Virus record (IMG/VR): IMGVR_UViG_3300045988_153745
Source: a virus
Strand: one strand, 5' to 3'
Length of the DNA stretch: 64,000 nt
Shown here in pieces: positions 44,384 through 55,250 of the stretch. The translations under genes and the position numbers were made by a program. How positions within the stretch are numbered: the first letter of the stretch is position 1; each line of letters opens with the position of its first letter. The notes beneath the pieces are model-generated. The model saw only the letters and a list, made by a program, of their open reading frames with translations. It did no database searches and was not told the DNA's origin.

Positions 44384-45245
44384 CTATATCCTCTTTTCTT
44401 TTCTCTTTATATTCTAATCCTTTTTCTGCGAGTGACCTTGCAACATGTTCTGCGGTAATACATATCTGACATCCTGAAGAAGTATATCCACATTTTTTGT
44501 GACAGTTTTTTCTAACCTGTCCGAAAGTAGGTATGATTGAAGAGTTTATTTCTATATTGTCCTCAGGATTGTAACCACTGATAATTAAATTCAAAGGACC
44601 TCTCCATTTTTGTTCTTTATATATCTTATATAAAGTATTCTGCTTATCCGCAGAACCAAAAAATTCCATAACATCAACGCAGTCTTCATAATATTTTACA
44701 TCTTCTGGTCTAATGAAAAATTTAGTAATTGATTTAATACCATTTGCAACAGGAACGCTGCTTTGTGCTATATTAGGATATACTCTAATTTTAACTCTAT
44801 TCTTACATATATTATATTTAATATCAGATAAAGAAAAAGCAAGCTCATTAGTTATATATACATCTGTGACACCTTCAGATATATATTGATTTAATTTATC
44901 TATTGTATCTGCGCCTTCACGAAAAAAGAAAGGAAGTTCATGTTTCTTCATCATTAATATATTTGGACGGACACCATTAGTTACTCTTGATATTACAAAA
45001 ACTATATTAGGATGTATTTTATAACATGTTTTGAAGATATCCACTGTTGTATTAAAACTTAAAATATCTATGTCAGCAATATCTATAACAATTCTTAAAT
45101 CTTCCCTTTTGCTTTTTACAAAGTCTATCAGTACAGAAGGGGAGCTAACAAGGGTATCATATTCGTAAGGGTCATACTTAATAATGATTTCTTGTACTTC
45201 ATCTTCGTATGCAAAACCTTTAAACCAATTTATAGCATAATTCAT
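44370..45245 (-). CDS. Hypothetical protein
   Basis: 291 aa with a C-terminal CHKKCGYTSSGCQIC Cys cluster. Confidence 0.45.
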   Translation of the reverse strand: MNYAINWFKGFAYEDEVQEIIIKYDPYEYDTLVSSPSVLIDFVKSKREDLRIVIDIADIDILSFNTTVDIFKTCYKIHPNIVFVISRVTNGVRPNILMMKKHELPFFFREGADTIDKLNQYISEGVTDVYITNELAFSLSDIKYNICKNRVKIRVYPNIAQSSVPVANGIKSITKFFIRPEDVKYYEDCVDVMEFFGSADKQNTLYKIYKEQKWRGPLNLIISGYNPEDNIEINSSIIPTFGQVRKNCHKKCGYTSSGCQICITAEHVARSLAEKGLEYKEKRKEDIDDKE

Positions 45246-45319
45246 TTATCACATCTCCTTTAAGCTAAAATAGGGAAGAAAACATTTCTGCTTCCTTCCC
45301 TCAGAACCAAAATATTATA

Positions 45320-45751
45320 TTACTCTGCATCAGTCTCTTCAGATGCCCCAGCCGCAAGTGCATATCCCATAACTCTACGAGTATCACGCTTTACCTGCTC
45401 CTTACGAGCTTCGCCTATCTGAACAAGCTGTGAAAGTCTAGCACCAACCTTAGCTACTGTAAGTTCACCTGTTGAATCTGGAATCTTCTCAAAAATCTCA
45501 TCTCTTGTCTGAAGCTCCTCTGTTAACATATTCTTTACAACCTCTCTAAGAGCATCTCCCTCAGCTGCCTTTTCTGCTGCCTTCTCTCTAGCTTTTTCCT
45601 TCTTAGCCTCAAGCTGAGCAATTGCACTGTCAACATAACCAACTACATCAGAATCCTGAACATCACCATCAAAAACCATATTTTCAATATTAGCCTTAAT
45701 TGTTTCAAGAACCATTGTCTTTGTAATTTTAACTGTCTCTGCCATAATCAT
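45320..45751 (-). CDS. Hypothetical acidic coiled-coil protein
   Basis: 143-aa ORF. Confidence 0.45.
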   Translation of the reverse strand: MIMAETVKITKTMVLETIKANIENMVFDGDVQDSDVVGYVDSAIAQLEAKKEKAREKAAEKAAEGDALREVVKNMLTEELQTRDEIFEKIPDSTGELTVAKVGARLSQLVQIGEARKEQVKRDTRRVMGYALAAGASEETDAE

Positions 45752-45888
45752 TATCTCCTTTTTCTTATCTTTATCACATATATATTATATCATAAAATTT
45801 TTAAGAAATCAATTATTCTTAAAAGTTCTATATATGTAAGAAAGAAGCTTTCTATCTTTCTTACATATATATTATATCATAAAATTTT

Positions 45889-47862
45889 TTAAACTTCAAA
45901 TTTTTTTAAGTTCTTAAAGAAATATTTTTCAACTTCTTTCTCTTCTATCTTATCACTATTAACGAAGGTAAGTTGTGCAAGTTTAGAACTACTAAACATA
46001 TCGTGCATGTAAATATAACTATATACATAACCTTTGATAAACATTCCTTCTTTATGCGCTCTAAGATAGCGATAGCATGCAGAACACATAAATAAAGGTT
46101 CTGCATCGCCGCCTTCTGGTATTGTAATTCCAATAGCTCTTGGATTATCTTTAACATGCTCTGGCTTTAAGTTCTCATAACAATATTTTAAATCTTTAAA
46201 ACGATTTTCATATTTATAAGAAACTTTCTCTTCTTTTCTCCAAAAGCTAGTATTGTACTCTCGTTGGTCAGCTTCTTCTTGTGTAAGTCTATATTGTTTA
46301 GCATCATCATCTTTTAAATAAAAAGCTAAAATATTTGATTCTATTCCAAAAGGTGTTTCACCTAAATTAAAAGGCTTCCCGCAACAAGGACAAATATAGT
46401 ATCCTTTAATACAATTCTTACATCTCGTGATAGAGGTATCCTGGTCATAATCGTCATTCCAAGAGTCATAAGTAGATATATCAAAAGTGAATAGATTTTT
46501 AGGACCTACAAAATCACCGCAATGTTCACACTTCTTAGTGCTGGCACACTCTTTACAAATTAAATTCTCTGTATCTTCATATCTATCATTCCACTCTGGC
46601 GCATCATAATCACAATCCTCATTAGGCTGAAGCAGAGGTTTACCGCAACTAATACAAACAACAGGTCCAGATATGTTAATCTTTCTAGTGTGTTTAATTG
46701 GATTGCGGAGACACCAATATCCATAATCATTATCATTACACATATCATTATACATAGCATTATTGGTAAAATAAATCTTTTTTGGAATAAAGTTATTCTT
46801 ATTTTTACTATTTTCCAAATCTCTATCTATTGTATAATTATCAAGGTCATTGACATTAAGCATATCTTTATATGGCTCAATACCAAATTTATAAGTCCAG
46901 CCAAGATTCTTTTCTGCCAATTCACGAGTAACTTCAAGTAACTTTTTACTAAATTCATTATTCTTATAAGGATAAGATTTACCTGATACAATAATATCCT
47001 TATTAACAAATAATAGACTCCTCCACTTTTTATCATTCCAAAATGGATGCTCTTTAGCATCTAAATTGTCATGGTCTAATCCCATCATCCTATTATTACT
47101 TTCAATATAGCAGCAAATTGCATTATTAGAGTTCATCATTTCATATGAACCTACTCTATAGCAGCCGCTACGCTTCCATGACATACAAGATGACCAATCA
47201 CTATTGTTATCACTCATAGTCATAAAATCTAATGGGTGAATTGAAAAACAGAGATTGCCTGTAATATTCTTTTCATTTAAAATTAAAGAAATCTTAATAC
47301 GGACTTTCTCAAAAAAATCAATAGCTGACTTACCTGCATTACAATACTTTAATATCTTACCAACAGCTCTAAATATTTTCGTACCTGAAGGTATCTTTCT
47401 TTCCTTTAAAGTATCAATATTATCTGGGTCTGGATATAAAAATATATCATATGGAGTTAAATTATTAATTATAGCGTCTCTTGAGAAGATATAATCAAAG
47501 AGTGATGGGATTCTGTATCCCCCATCCATGATGCACCCTTTTAAAGTCTGTAAAGCATTTTCTGAATCTAAATAGGTTGTACACTCCTTCCAAATATCTC
47601 CTTCTGGCTTTTCATAAGTAAATGGAACTTTATAAATCATCTGATTTCCAAGTAACTTATATAAAGTATTTTTACAAATACTCCATTTCTCAAGGAAATC
47701 TTTTACAGGTATATACATACTTTCATCTACTGGCATGGCAATGTAATCATTTATTTCATCAGACCAATGATTAACACCAAGGATGCCCCATCTATGGTAA
47801 TAATCCGAAATCTTCTTAATATCTTCCTCACCTAATTTTTCATATAAATCTATTCTTTCCAT
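45889..47862 (-). CDS. Large hypothetical protein with C-terminal zinc-ribbon motifs
   Basis: 657-aa ORF with several CxxC pairs near the C-terminus. Confidence 0.5.
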   Translation of the reverse strand: MERIDLYEKLGEEDIKKISDYYHRWGILGVNHWSDEINDYIAMPVDESMYIPVKDFLEKWSICKNTLYKLLGNQMIYKVPFTYEKPEGDIWKECTTYLDSENALQTLKGCIMDGGYRIPSLFDYIFSRDAIINNLTPYDIFLYPDPDNIDTLKERKIPSGTKIFRAVGKILKYCNAGKSAIDFFEKVRIKISLILNEKNITGNLCFSIHPLDFMTMSDNNSDWSSCMSWKRSGCYRVGSYEMMNSNNAICCYIESNNRMMGLDHDNLDAKEHPFWNDKKWRSLLFVNKDIIVSGKSYPYKNNEFSKKLLEVTRELAEKNLGWTYKFGIEPYKDMLNVNDLDNYTIDRDLENSKNKNNFIPKKIYFTNNAMYNDMCNDNDYGYWCLRNPIKHTRKINISGPVVCISCGKPLLQPNEDCDYDAPEWNDRYEDTENLICKECASTKKCEHCGDFVGPKNLFTFDISTYDSWNDDYDQDTSITRCKNCIKGYYICPCCGKPFNLGETPFGIESNILAFYLKDDDAKQYRLTQEEADQREYNTSFWRKEEKVSYKYENRFKDLKYCYENLKPEHVKDNPRAIGITIPEGGDAEPLFMCSACYRYLRAHKEGMFIKGYVYSYIYMHDMFSSSKLAQLTFVNSDKIEEKEVEKYFFKNLKKFEV

Positions 47863-47863
47863 A

Positions 47864-48097
47864 CTACATATAGCTCCTTATCAAATTAACAATTCTAACC
47901 TTATCATTTTCCATTAAATTAATATAAGCCTGATTATCTACTATTTCTTCAATTAAAAGCTGCGGGTCTCGTCCTGCTTCCAGCGCTTGCTTACATTGAC
48001 GCATTATTTCATTTGCATCATCATCACTCTGCATAATCATATAATCAAAGGCATCTCCCATTCCAAACATACTCATACGCCAAGCTCCTTTCCGCAA
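47864..48097 (-). CDS. Hypothetical small protein
   Basis: 77-aa ORF. Confidence 0.4.
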   Translation of the reverse strand: MRKGAWRMSMFGMGDAFDYMIMQSDDDANEIMRQCKQALEAGRDPQLLIEEIVDNQAYINLMENDKVRIVNLIRSYM

Positions 48098-48432
48098 TAC
48101 TCTTTAATGAAGCTCTCATGTCCAAGATTGCAAACAATACTGTCTAATTCACGAGTTTCCATATCCTTATACTCATCTTTAATCTCATAGATATTCCAAT
48201 ATAGCTCTTCAGCTTCTCCATTCCACTCTGGAAATTCTCCTGACTCTTCATCATAATCTGACTGAGACATTGCATATTCATCTTCGAGACCGTAACTAGT
48301 AATAAGGTCATATGCCATTTCTTTACCCATAGCATTACCTTCATCAATAGAATTGATTTCAGTTACGCACATGTCCTCAATGCCATGTAAGCCCTGATAC
48401 ATTCCTTCAGTTGCATAAATAAATACTTTCAT
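48073..48432 (-). CDS. Hypothetical acidic protein
   Basis: 119-aa ORF. Confidence 0.4.
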   Translation of the reverse strand: MKVFIYATEGMYQGLHGIEDMCVTEINSIDEGNAMGKEMAYDLITSYGLEDEYAMSQSDYDEESGEFPEWNGEAEELYWNIYEIKDEYKDMETRELDSIVCNLGHESFIKEYCGKELGV

Positions 48433-48517
48433 AAAACTATACCTCTTTTCTTATTTTCTATATATATATTATATCAAATTTTTTAAAAGAAATAAAGCTG
48501 AGCTAAATTACCCAGCT

Positions 48518-48757
48518 TTAATCATCAAATCCATCATAATAATCCTCATCATAGAATCCATCTTCATCATAATATCCATAAACCATATAATCCTCATCAT
48601 CGTAATCTTCACGATAACATTCAGAAATCCATGGACAATGTAAACAATTAGGGCGGTCTGCGCAATTCTTACTCTGTTCTATATCTTCAGGTGGTCTCTT
48701 AGGATATTCACTAACTCTTTTTGCTTCTATGTCTTCCATAGTTATACCTCCTAACAC
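48518..48757 (-). CDS. Hypothetical small acidic Asp/Tyr-rich protein
   Basis: 79-aa ORF. Confidence 0.4.
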   Translation of the reverse strand: MLGGITMEDIEAKRVSEYPKRPPEDIEQSKNCADRPNCLHCPWISECYREDYDDEDYMVYGYYDEDGFYDEDYYDGFDD

Positions 48758-49011
48758 ATAATCATCATTGAATCAAGAGCTGACTGCTCATGAATTTCTG
48801 CACATGATACAGAAGTTCCAACAGCTAAGTCTTCAACATAGCAAACTTCGCCCAAATGACTTACATACTGACCTGGTTCAAAAAACTTATCTGTAATTAA
48901 AGTATGTCTTGCTCCATTACCATTTACTAAAGTGTATTCAAATACCATATGCGTTACCTCTCTTTTCTTATTTTCTATATATATTATATCAAAAATTTTA
49001 AAAAATATCAA
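48751..49011 (-). CDS. Hypothetical small protein
   Basis: 86-aa ORF. Confidence 0.4.
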   Translation of the reverse strand: MIFFKIFDIIYIENKKREVTHMVFEYTLVNGNGARHTLITDKFFEPGQYVSHLGEVCYVEDLAVGTSVSCAEIHEQSALDSMMIMC

Positions 49012-49256
49012 TAGCGCACAGTAAGAATGTTAGTTGATGCATTATACGACCATGCAGCAACCAAAAACGCATTTTCATTTTCTATATACTGCGGCAATGT
49101 ATATTTAATTTCTGTGCCTTCTTTCTTAGCTGAGCCAAGTCCACTTATTCTATCTGTTTTAATTGGTACAAAACAAATGGACATATCTGAAACTTGTACT
49201 GTGGTCATAAGATATTCCACAAGAGAAGATATTGTAATTACCGCTTTTTCCATCAT
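49008..49256 (-). CDS. Hypothetical small protein
   Basis: 82-aa ORF. Confidence 0.4.
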   Translation of the reverse strand: MMEKAVITISSLVEYLMTTVQVSDMSICFVPIKTDRISGLGSAKKEGTEIKYTLPQYIENENAFLVAAWSYNASTNILTVRY

Positions 49257-49474
49257 TAATAATCATTCCTTTCATGCTTAGAATATTTTTCAAGTTTTCT
49301 GCGGCGATTGTCTACTCTTGCAGGTGCAGTTCCGCGTTTAGGTAAGTACTTGCCACAATGCTGACAAGCTTTTCTAAATGTTCCTTCTCTGCCTTTTGAA
49401 CACTGACCTTCACAGATATAATACTGACATACTATTTCTCTATCTCTTGCCATTTTAACTACCTCACTTTTCAT
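49256..49474 (-). CDS. Small zinc-ribbon protein
   Basis: 72 aa with CQYYICEGQC...CQHCGK. Confidence 0.4.
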   Translation of the reverse strand: MKSEVVKMARDREIVCQYYICEGQCSKGREGTFRKACQHCGKYLPKRGTAPARVDNRRRKLEKYSKHERNDY

Positions 49475-49913
49475 ATTTTTCTATCAAATTATCAGATAAT
49501 ATAGGATTATAGTCTTTATCCCACTTAATCTCAAAATTAGTAATTATTCCTTTTAAACGATATGAATCCCATAGAAAATCATAATTATAATATTTGTCAT
49601 AAGTTGCTCCTGTATAAGATATCTTATATCCTTGTATTTCATATTTATCTAATAAAGTTAGAAATAATTCAAATCGTTTTTTGTATTTTAAATACTTTTT
49701 AGAACTTTTAGTTGTACTATCTGAGCATCCTTTATCAATTACCAGAAGACTTTTAATAAATAAACTTTGTTCATTAATATCACAAGCCGCAAGAATTTCA
49801 CTATCTATTTCTTTTTCACATTTCTTTAAGAAATGCTTATCTGCTCTTGTAAGAGTTATCTCACTACTTTCTTGAGATAATCTTTGTGCAGTATGTAATG
49901 ATATCATATTCAT
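49464..49913 (-). CDS. Hypothetical protein
   Basis: 149-aa ORF. Confidence 0.45.
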   Translation of the reverse strand: MNMISLHTAQRLSQESSEITLTRADKHFLKKCEKEIDSEILAACDINEQSLFIKSLLVIDKGCSDSTTKSSKKYLKYKKRFELFLTLLDKYEIQGYKISYTGATYDKYYNYDFLWDSYRLKGIITNFEIKWDKDYNPILSDNLIEKYEK

Positions 49914-49999
49914 TCACCTCTTTCTCTTTTCTATATAAATATTATATCATATTTTTTTATAAAAATAAAGGAGGCATAATAGCCTCCTTTCCGCGCACT

Positions 50000-50368
50000 T
50001 TATTTAATAAATATTCCTAATACCTGTAGTATAATATTTAACAAAACAGCAATAATTAAAGATAGATAAAATATTTTTAAGCTTTTATGTTCTTTGTTTC
50101 TATCTTTCTTTTTCCCATAAATAAAAGAGAATATTAAAAAAACAATAGCAACTAATGCAAGACATAAGATTAAAATTGCAATAACCCAGAAAATAACTCT
50201 CAATGTTAATGAATATTCTCCCCTTACAAAGCTTAAAAGACCTCCAAAAAGAATAAAAATAGCCCATAAGAAATCAATTACTCTTTCTCCTCGATTTTTT
50301 GAAATCACTGCTATTGTAATACACACAACAGCAAATATAAAACATGATAAATTTATCCAAAATTCCAT
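50000..50368 (-). CDS. Membrane protein
   Basis: 122 aa with three or four predicted transmembrane helices. Confidence 0.45.
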   Translation of the reverse strand: MEFWINLSCFIFAVVCITIAVISKNRGERVIDFLWAIFILFGGLLSFVRGEYSLTLRVIFWVIAILILCLALVAIVFLIFSFIYGKKKDRNKEHKSLKIFYLSLIIAVLLNIILQVLGIFIK

Positions 50369-50741
50369 TTTATCTTACCTTTCTAATCCATAAATGTAAA
50401 GAAACTATATAAAAACATAAAAACAATAATTGTACCTATTAAAATAAAAGGCTTATTTATTATGACGCAAATTACTATTACAATTATAGTAATCAAAGTT
50501 ATTATCATTAATAAAGTACTATCATTCATATACTTACGCTACTCCTTTAATTTTCAGTATAACTTAAACTAATACTCATTATTATAAATAATGAAACTAT
50601 AGCCAAACCAGTTGAAATTTTATATACAATTTCATTTGTTGTTGTACAACTTATAACATAGCAGACTAATAGTATAATTGTACTAATTATCATAATAATA
50701 CCTAATATTGCATTACTCATATATTGTGACCTCCTTTAATA

Positions 50742-51446
50742 TTAACAATCTTCATTCCAGCCTGAAAAGTCAAGAATAACTGGGTCTCCATTTTCTCTAA
50801 AGCCAATATTTCCTGGGTGCAAATCTTCAGCTACAATAGGGAAATTATTTTCTAAAAAGTTAATAAGCTTATTGACCATAGCTAATCCATATCTTTCAAT
50901 AGCTGCGGCGACCCAGTTAGAATCTGCAAAGCAACAGTATTTAATATCTGAATTAACAAGCTCTATTGTTTCATCTTCTGAAACAGGACAATATTCATAA
51001 AAATCTAATACTCTTTCCTGTTTAATAACAGTACCAGATTCACATTCTCCCATAATTTCTGTCTTTGGGAAAAAGATATCTAAACCATTTTCCTTTGCAG
51101 CTTCATAAACCTCATATTCTGTTAAACAATAGTCCCAACCGTGGTCTTCAGAATTATCTGCGCCTTCAAACTTTGTAAAATAATCATGGTCAACTGATTC
51201 ATCATAATCCCATTTACCAGAATAAGGAACTTTAAGAACAGAACTGCAACCAGAAACAACAGCAACAACTTTAGTTGCACCACGATATACGCCTCCCGCA
51301 ACTCTAGCATCTCTTAAAGCTTCTGAAACTACAACTGTATTCTGCTCTTCTGTATCATATTCATCCCAGCCAAATTTTTCAGGAACTTTCTTTACAATTT
51401 CATTAAATACTTTTGTTAATTTATCCTCTACTAATAATGTTGTCAT
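50742..51446 (-). CDS. Protein with a C-terminal kinase-like (APH/CotS-type) motif
   Basis: AEDLHPGNIG resembles the HGDLHPGN catalytic loop of APH/choline-kinase-like folds. The rest is unassigned. Confidence 0.4.
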   Translation of the reverse strand: MTTLLVEDKLTKVFNEIVKKVPEKFGWDEYDTEEQNTVVVSEALRDARVAGGVYRGATKVVAVVSGCSSVLKVPYSGKWDYDESVDHDYFTKFEGADNSEDHGWDYCLTEYEVYEAAKENGLDIFFPKTEIMGECESGTVIKQERVLDFYEYCPVSEDETIELVNSDIKYCCFADSNWVAAAIERYGLAMVNKLINFLENNFPIVAEDLHPGNIGFRENGDPVILDFSGWNEDC

Positions 51447-51528
51447 ATTTATATACCTCTTTTCCTTTTCTTATATAAATATTATAACATAAATTTTTAC
51501 AAAAATAAAGCGGAGTATAAGACCCCGC

Positions 51529-52044
51529 TTATTCTATCTTAAATTGAAAGTCTCCGCCACTTCTATCAAGATAATCTTTTATTATACTTGGTTCTATCCT
51601 TAAACCATTTTTATCGTTTATAATAGCTTTCTGTCTAGCTTTTCCGCGGCAAGTGGTACAAATACAATCTCCAAAAGTAGCAATCTCTGTTGGGGTAAAT
51701 TCATATACATATCCAAAATTTCTTCCATTATGCATTTTATCCTTATGTTCATTGTACCATTTTTCTATTGATTCTCTTTCTCTCTCATTTACTGTAAAAG
51801 ACTGATTTAAGATTTTTCTCAATCTATCTATTTCACTTTTCAATTTAGCGAGTTCCGCGTCTTTATATTGCTCACTTTTAAGAGACTCATTTTCTGCAGT
51901 TAGTTCATTATTTTCTTTTAAAAGTCTCTTCATATTCCACTCAAGCTGAAAAAGAGATTCATCTACTTCTTTTTCAGTATATATAACTTTAGTGGGATTA
52001 TTATTAATAAAACAGATTCCTGACATTAATTTTCTCCTTCCCAA
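51529..52044 (-). CDS. Hypothetical coiled-coil protein with a C-terminal Cys motif, a paralogue of the next gene
   Basis: 171 aa. It shares the architecture and the ...CxxC...NDKNGLR tail with 52026..52571. Confidence 0.45.
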   Translation of the reverse strand: MGRRKLMSGICFINNNPTKVIYTEKEVDESLFQLEWNMKRLLKENNELTAENESLKSEQYKDAELAKLKSEIDRLRKILNQSFTVNERERESIEKWYNEHKDKMHNGRNFGYVYEFTPTEIATFGDCICTTCRGKARQKAIINDKNGLRIEPSIIKDYLDRSGGDFQFKIE

Positions 52045-52571
52045 GGATATTTAGTTATTCTGTATGAAACACCCTTTTGTCGCATTAATTCTAAAAGTTC
52101 ATCATAGTTTAAATCTCTATGGTTATAATATAATATCTTTGCGCATTTAGCACAATAGCAAGTAGCTACGGTTCCATTAATACCTGGTTTAAATACAAAG
52201 AATCTATCTTTTGGTTTTAAAGTTGATTCTCCACGTTCCTGTATATGTGCTTCCGCTCTATGATGCTGCCACCATTCTTTTAAACCATAATTTTCATATG
52301 TTGTAATGGAGAAGCTATTGTAATAACGCTCTTTATACTCTGCTAATTCCGCCTGTGTCTGAAGGAGGTCTTCTTTTAACTTTTTTACTTCTTCATTTTT
52401 ATAAAGTTCTTCATCTAAATTTTTTAAAGAATCGCGCATTTCTGTGATTTTATCTTTAAGTACATCAAAACTTTCTACGGCATTGTTAAATGCTTCATCA
52501 ATAGTCGGCTTATGTTTCTTTGTGAATAATTCTTTAGCCTTTTTACACATTTCTTTTTCATTTGCCTGCAT
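52026..52571 (-). CDS. Hypothetical coiled-coil protein with a C-terminal Cys motif
   Basis: 181-aa ORF. Confidence 0.45.
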   Translation of the reverse strand: MQANEKEMCKKAKELFTKKHKPTIDEAFNNAVESFDVLKDKITEMRDSLKNLDEELYKNEEVKKLKEDLLQTQAELAEYKERYYNSFSITTYENYGLKEWWQHHRAEAHIQERGESTLKPKDRFFVFKPGINGTVATCYCAKCAKILYYNHRDLNYDELLELMRQKGVSYRITKYPWEGEN

Positions 52572-52790
52572 AAATATGTCCTCCTTTTACTTTTCTACAT
52601 AAATTATATCATATTTTTTTATAAAAATCAAGCGGCGTTACGCTCTTTAAAGAAACTTGTAGGGGCCTATCATGAATTTTATAGACCCAACAGCCGCAGT
52701 AAGAAAAATAAGGGTTAATTAGAGAAAACGAAGGATTTTTTAATTTCCGGACAAAGACGATTATCTGTAAGTGAAAATGTAGAAATCCAC

Positions 52791-52819
52791 TTGAAAAAAA
52801 AGAAAAAATTTGATATAAT
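52791..52819 (+). promoter_or_regulatory. Plus-strand promoter at the strand switch, TTGAAA-17-TGATATAAT
   Basis: ttgaaa aaaaagaaaaaatttga tataat, followed by an AGGAGG ribosome-binding site and an ATG at 52844. Confidence 0.6.
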
Positions 52820-52843
52820 ATTATTGTAAGGAGGAATAAAAGA

Positions 52844-53017
52844 ATGAATATTGTTTGTGATGTAAATTGTAAATATAGAAGTTCCAATGGCTTTTGTATA
52901 AAAGACATTGTTCATATAGATAATAGATGTATTTGTAATGAAATGTATAAACCAACAGAGAAGATTGAGCGGAAACCGCAGATTGGTGAAACTTTAATCT
53001 TGACTGAAGAAACTTAA
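52844..53017 (+). CDS. Small Cys-rich protein, first gene of the plus-strand cluster
   Basis: 57 aa (MNIVCDVNCKYRSSNGFCIKD...) with a strong AGGAGG site. It is not in the supplied ORF track because it is under 60 aa. Confidence 0.5.
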   Translation: MNIVCDVNCKYRSSNGFCIKDIVHIDNRCICNEMYKPTEKIERKPQIGETLILTEET

Positions 53018-53031
53018 AGGAGGGTTTCCGC

Positions 53032-53235
53032 GTGACATTAGAAGAATTAGCAGAAGAATTAGGTGTGAAACCTAATTATTTAAGGAAAAGATTTCAAGAT
53101 GTTAAGAAGAATAGAGAAAAGATAGGTATAATTATTGAAAAAGTAGGAAGAGCGGCTTCCGCGGAATATGGTATAAAAACATGGTATGATAGTGAAATTA
53201 GATATGAACATCTTGACCCAGATGATTTTGAATAA
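53032..53235 (+). CDS. Small HTH-like protein with a GTG start
   Basis: 67 aa. It has an AGGAGG site, and its N-terminus is paralogous to the N-terminus of 53786..54568. Confidence 0.5.
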   Translation: MTLEELAEELGVKPNYLRKRFQDVKKNREKIGIIIEKVGRAASAEYGIKTWYDSEIRYEHLDPDDFE

Positions 53236-53250
53236 AAAAGGAGAAAACAA

Positions 53251-53493
53251 ATGAGTAACAAAAGAACAGTAAAGGAGATATTGACTCCTAATGAATACAT
53301 GGCATATGAAGCAATTTTAAAGAAATTAGTTCAAGGAGAACAAACTTGTGTAAATGTTTCACATTTTGCAGATGAAATACACCTTTCCCGCACAAGTATT
53401 AGTAGTATGTTAAAGAAACTAGATTTGATTGGTGTTTTTGAAGTTAAAAGTGCGGGAATGAGAGGAACTTATATTAAGTTTTTACCTAATTAA
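53251..53493 (+). CDS. Winged-helix HTH transcriptional regulator
   Basis: 80 aa. SRTSISSMLKKLDLIGVF is an HTH recognition-helix-like segment. The ribosome-binding site is AAGGAG. Confidence 0.55.
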   Translation: MSNKRTVKEILTPNEYMAYEAILKKLVQGEQTCVNVSHFADEIHLSRTSISSMLKKLDLIGVFEVKSAGMRGTYIKFLPN

Positions 53494-53699
53494 AGAAGAT
53501 ATTACTTTGGATTTCTCAAAGAGAATGAGAGGATTAATAAGATTGGAGCGAAGCGGAAATCTTTTAATCCCGAATTCTCATTTGAAAATCCAAGACTTAG
53601 AGATGCGAACTTGTTCGCATCGACTTTATATAAAGAGTATTGAGTTTTTAAATTATTTATATTTAGGAAGTTAAAAGTTCAATACTCTTTATATAAAAA

Positions 53700-53765
53700 A
53701 TGGAAAAAGTGTCACAAACTTTTAACTTGCGGAAGAATAATTATTTAAAATTGTGACACTTTTAT
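53700..53765. promoter_or_regulatory. Operator-like inverted repeats around the GTGTCACA core
   Basis: GTGTCACAA...TTGTGACAC is a 9-bp inverted repeat with a 33-nt spacer. There is a third GTGTCACA at 54683, and a TATAAAGAGTATTGA/TCAATACTCTTTATA inverted repeat at 53630..53700. Confidence 0.5.
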
Positions 53766-53785
53766 ATAAAGGAGCATAGTGAATA

Positions 53786-54568
53786 ATGAATATAAAAGAA
53801 GTAAGTGAAGCTTTAGGAATTGCGGAATCAACATTAAAAAACAATTATAAAAGAACTGCGGAAAGTTTATTAAAAAAAGGTATTATTTTAAATAAAGAAG
53901 GAAGAGGCATTTCCGCGGATTATACAATAGAATATGATATGAGTTTTAAAGATAATAGAGCTTTAACTATATTTGATGAAAAGAAAGAAATATATTTACA
54001 AGATGATATGTTAAAGATGATAGATTGGAATCTCTTGGTATTAGTAGGAGTTTGTTTAACGCCTTTGTTAACTTTTAGAGGAAGTTATAAAGATTTTTTA
54101 AATTATGTTGGAGTATTACCATCCGCCGCGAATATTAATAAGTTAAAGGAAGTATTAGTTGAAATGGATGCTGATTATATTGGTTATTATCCTGATAAAA
54201 CAGATGAACAATATTTTACCGCGTCTTTATATAGGAGTGTTGAGAAGAAATATAAGGTTTCAATTATTAAGTTGCGGAAATGTAAAGAAATTCAAGAAAA
54301 ATATCATGGGAGAAGCTTCATTCCGCTATTGAAAACTTGGTTAGCTACTGAGGAGGCAGTAAAGAATCAACCTTATACTATTGATGATTTGATTGAATTG
54401 ACAGGATTATCTAAGAGTACTATTGTTAAAGCTAATAGGCAATTAAGAGATGAAAATGTTTATAGGTCAGAGAAAGATTATATTCCAGAGATGAAAATAT
54501 GCCGAGGGGTAAATACTGATATCAATGGATTTTTTGATGAAATCCCAACAGATTTACCTAGAAAATGA
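53786..54568 (+). CDS. Protein with an N-terminal HTH, a candidate regulator
   Basis: 260 aa. The N-terminal 50 aa resemble the 53032 product (EALGIAESTLKNNYKRTAESLLKKGIILNKEGRGISADYTIEYD). Confidence 0.55.
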   Translation: MNIKEVSEALGIAESTLKNNYKRTAESLLKKGIILNKEGRGISADYTIEYDMSFKDNRALTIFDEKKEIYLQDDMLKMIDWNLLVLVGVCLTPLLTFRGSYKDFLNYVGVLPSAANINKLKEVLVEMDADYIGYYPDKTDEQYFTASLYRSVEKKYKVSIIKLRKCKEIQEKYHGRSFIPLLKTWLATEEAVKNQPYTIDDLIELTGLSKSTIVKANRQLRDENVYRSEKDYIPEMKICRGVNTDINGFFDEIPTDLPRK

Positions 54569-54923
54569 ATTTTAACTTACCTATATATAAGTATATATAT
54601 ATTGGTAAGTTAAAATATAAAAAATGAATGAATCTGTTGGGATTTTAGATAAATGTGATATTTTTATGTATGATAAAAGAAAGTGTCACATTTTATAAAA
54701 ATAGGGGTTATGTAATAATAAGAATATATTAAAATACAATAAAAATAACAAAAATAGGAGTTGTGCTGTAAATATAATATAATATAATTATATTAAATTA
54801 TAGTAAAATAGGAGTTGTGCTGTGCGCAGCCCCTATCTCCCATATAGCTTTTTATTATTCGATTGAAATTCTAAGAAGACGAATATCGTCTATCCCGGGG
54901 TGTATATATAAGGGGAGGGTATA

Positions 54924-55250
54924 TTACATAACTCCCCTAAGAAAATCTCTGATTGCATCCTCTGAATCTAAATCTGGAGTTTTCTTTATCTTAACATTAT
55001 CTAATGAAGCAATAAGCTTCTCTCCTTCGATTAGTGCATTCCTTAACTCAGCAATCTCCGCAGAGGAAACCATATCCTTCTTACCTGAAACAGCTTCAAA
55101 GTATGTAACGATAGCTTTAAGAAGAGCTTCTCTCTCTGTCTTAAATCTGTCAATCTCCGCGTCCTTCTTCTTCTTAATCTCTTTAGCCTTTCTCATAATA
55201 TCTGTAAGACTCATTCCTGCATCTAACATCTCTTCAATAGTTTTACTCAT
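54924..55250 (-). CDS. Hypothetical coiled-coil protein
   Basis: 108 aa. The overlapping plus-strand ORF 54817..55287 is judged spurious. Confidence 0.45.
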   Translation of the reverse strand: MSKTIEEMLDAGMSLTDIMRKAKEIKKKKDAEIDRFKTEREALLKAIVTYFEAVSGKKDMVSSAEIAELRNALIEGEKLIASLDNVKIKKTPDLDSEDAIRDFLRGVM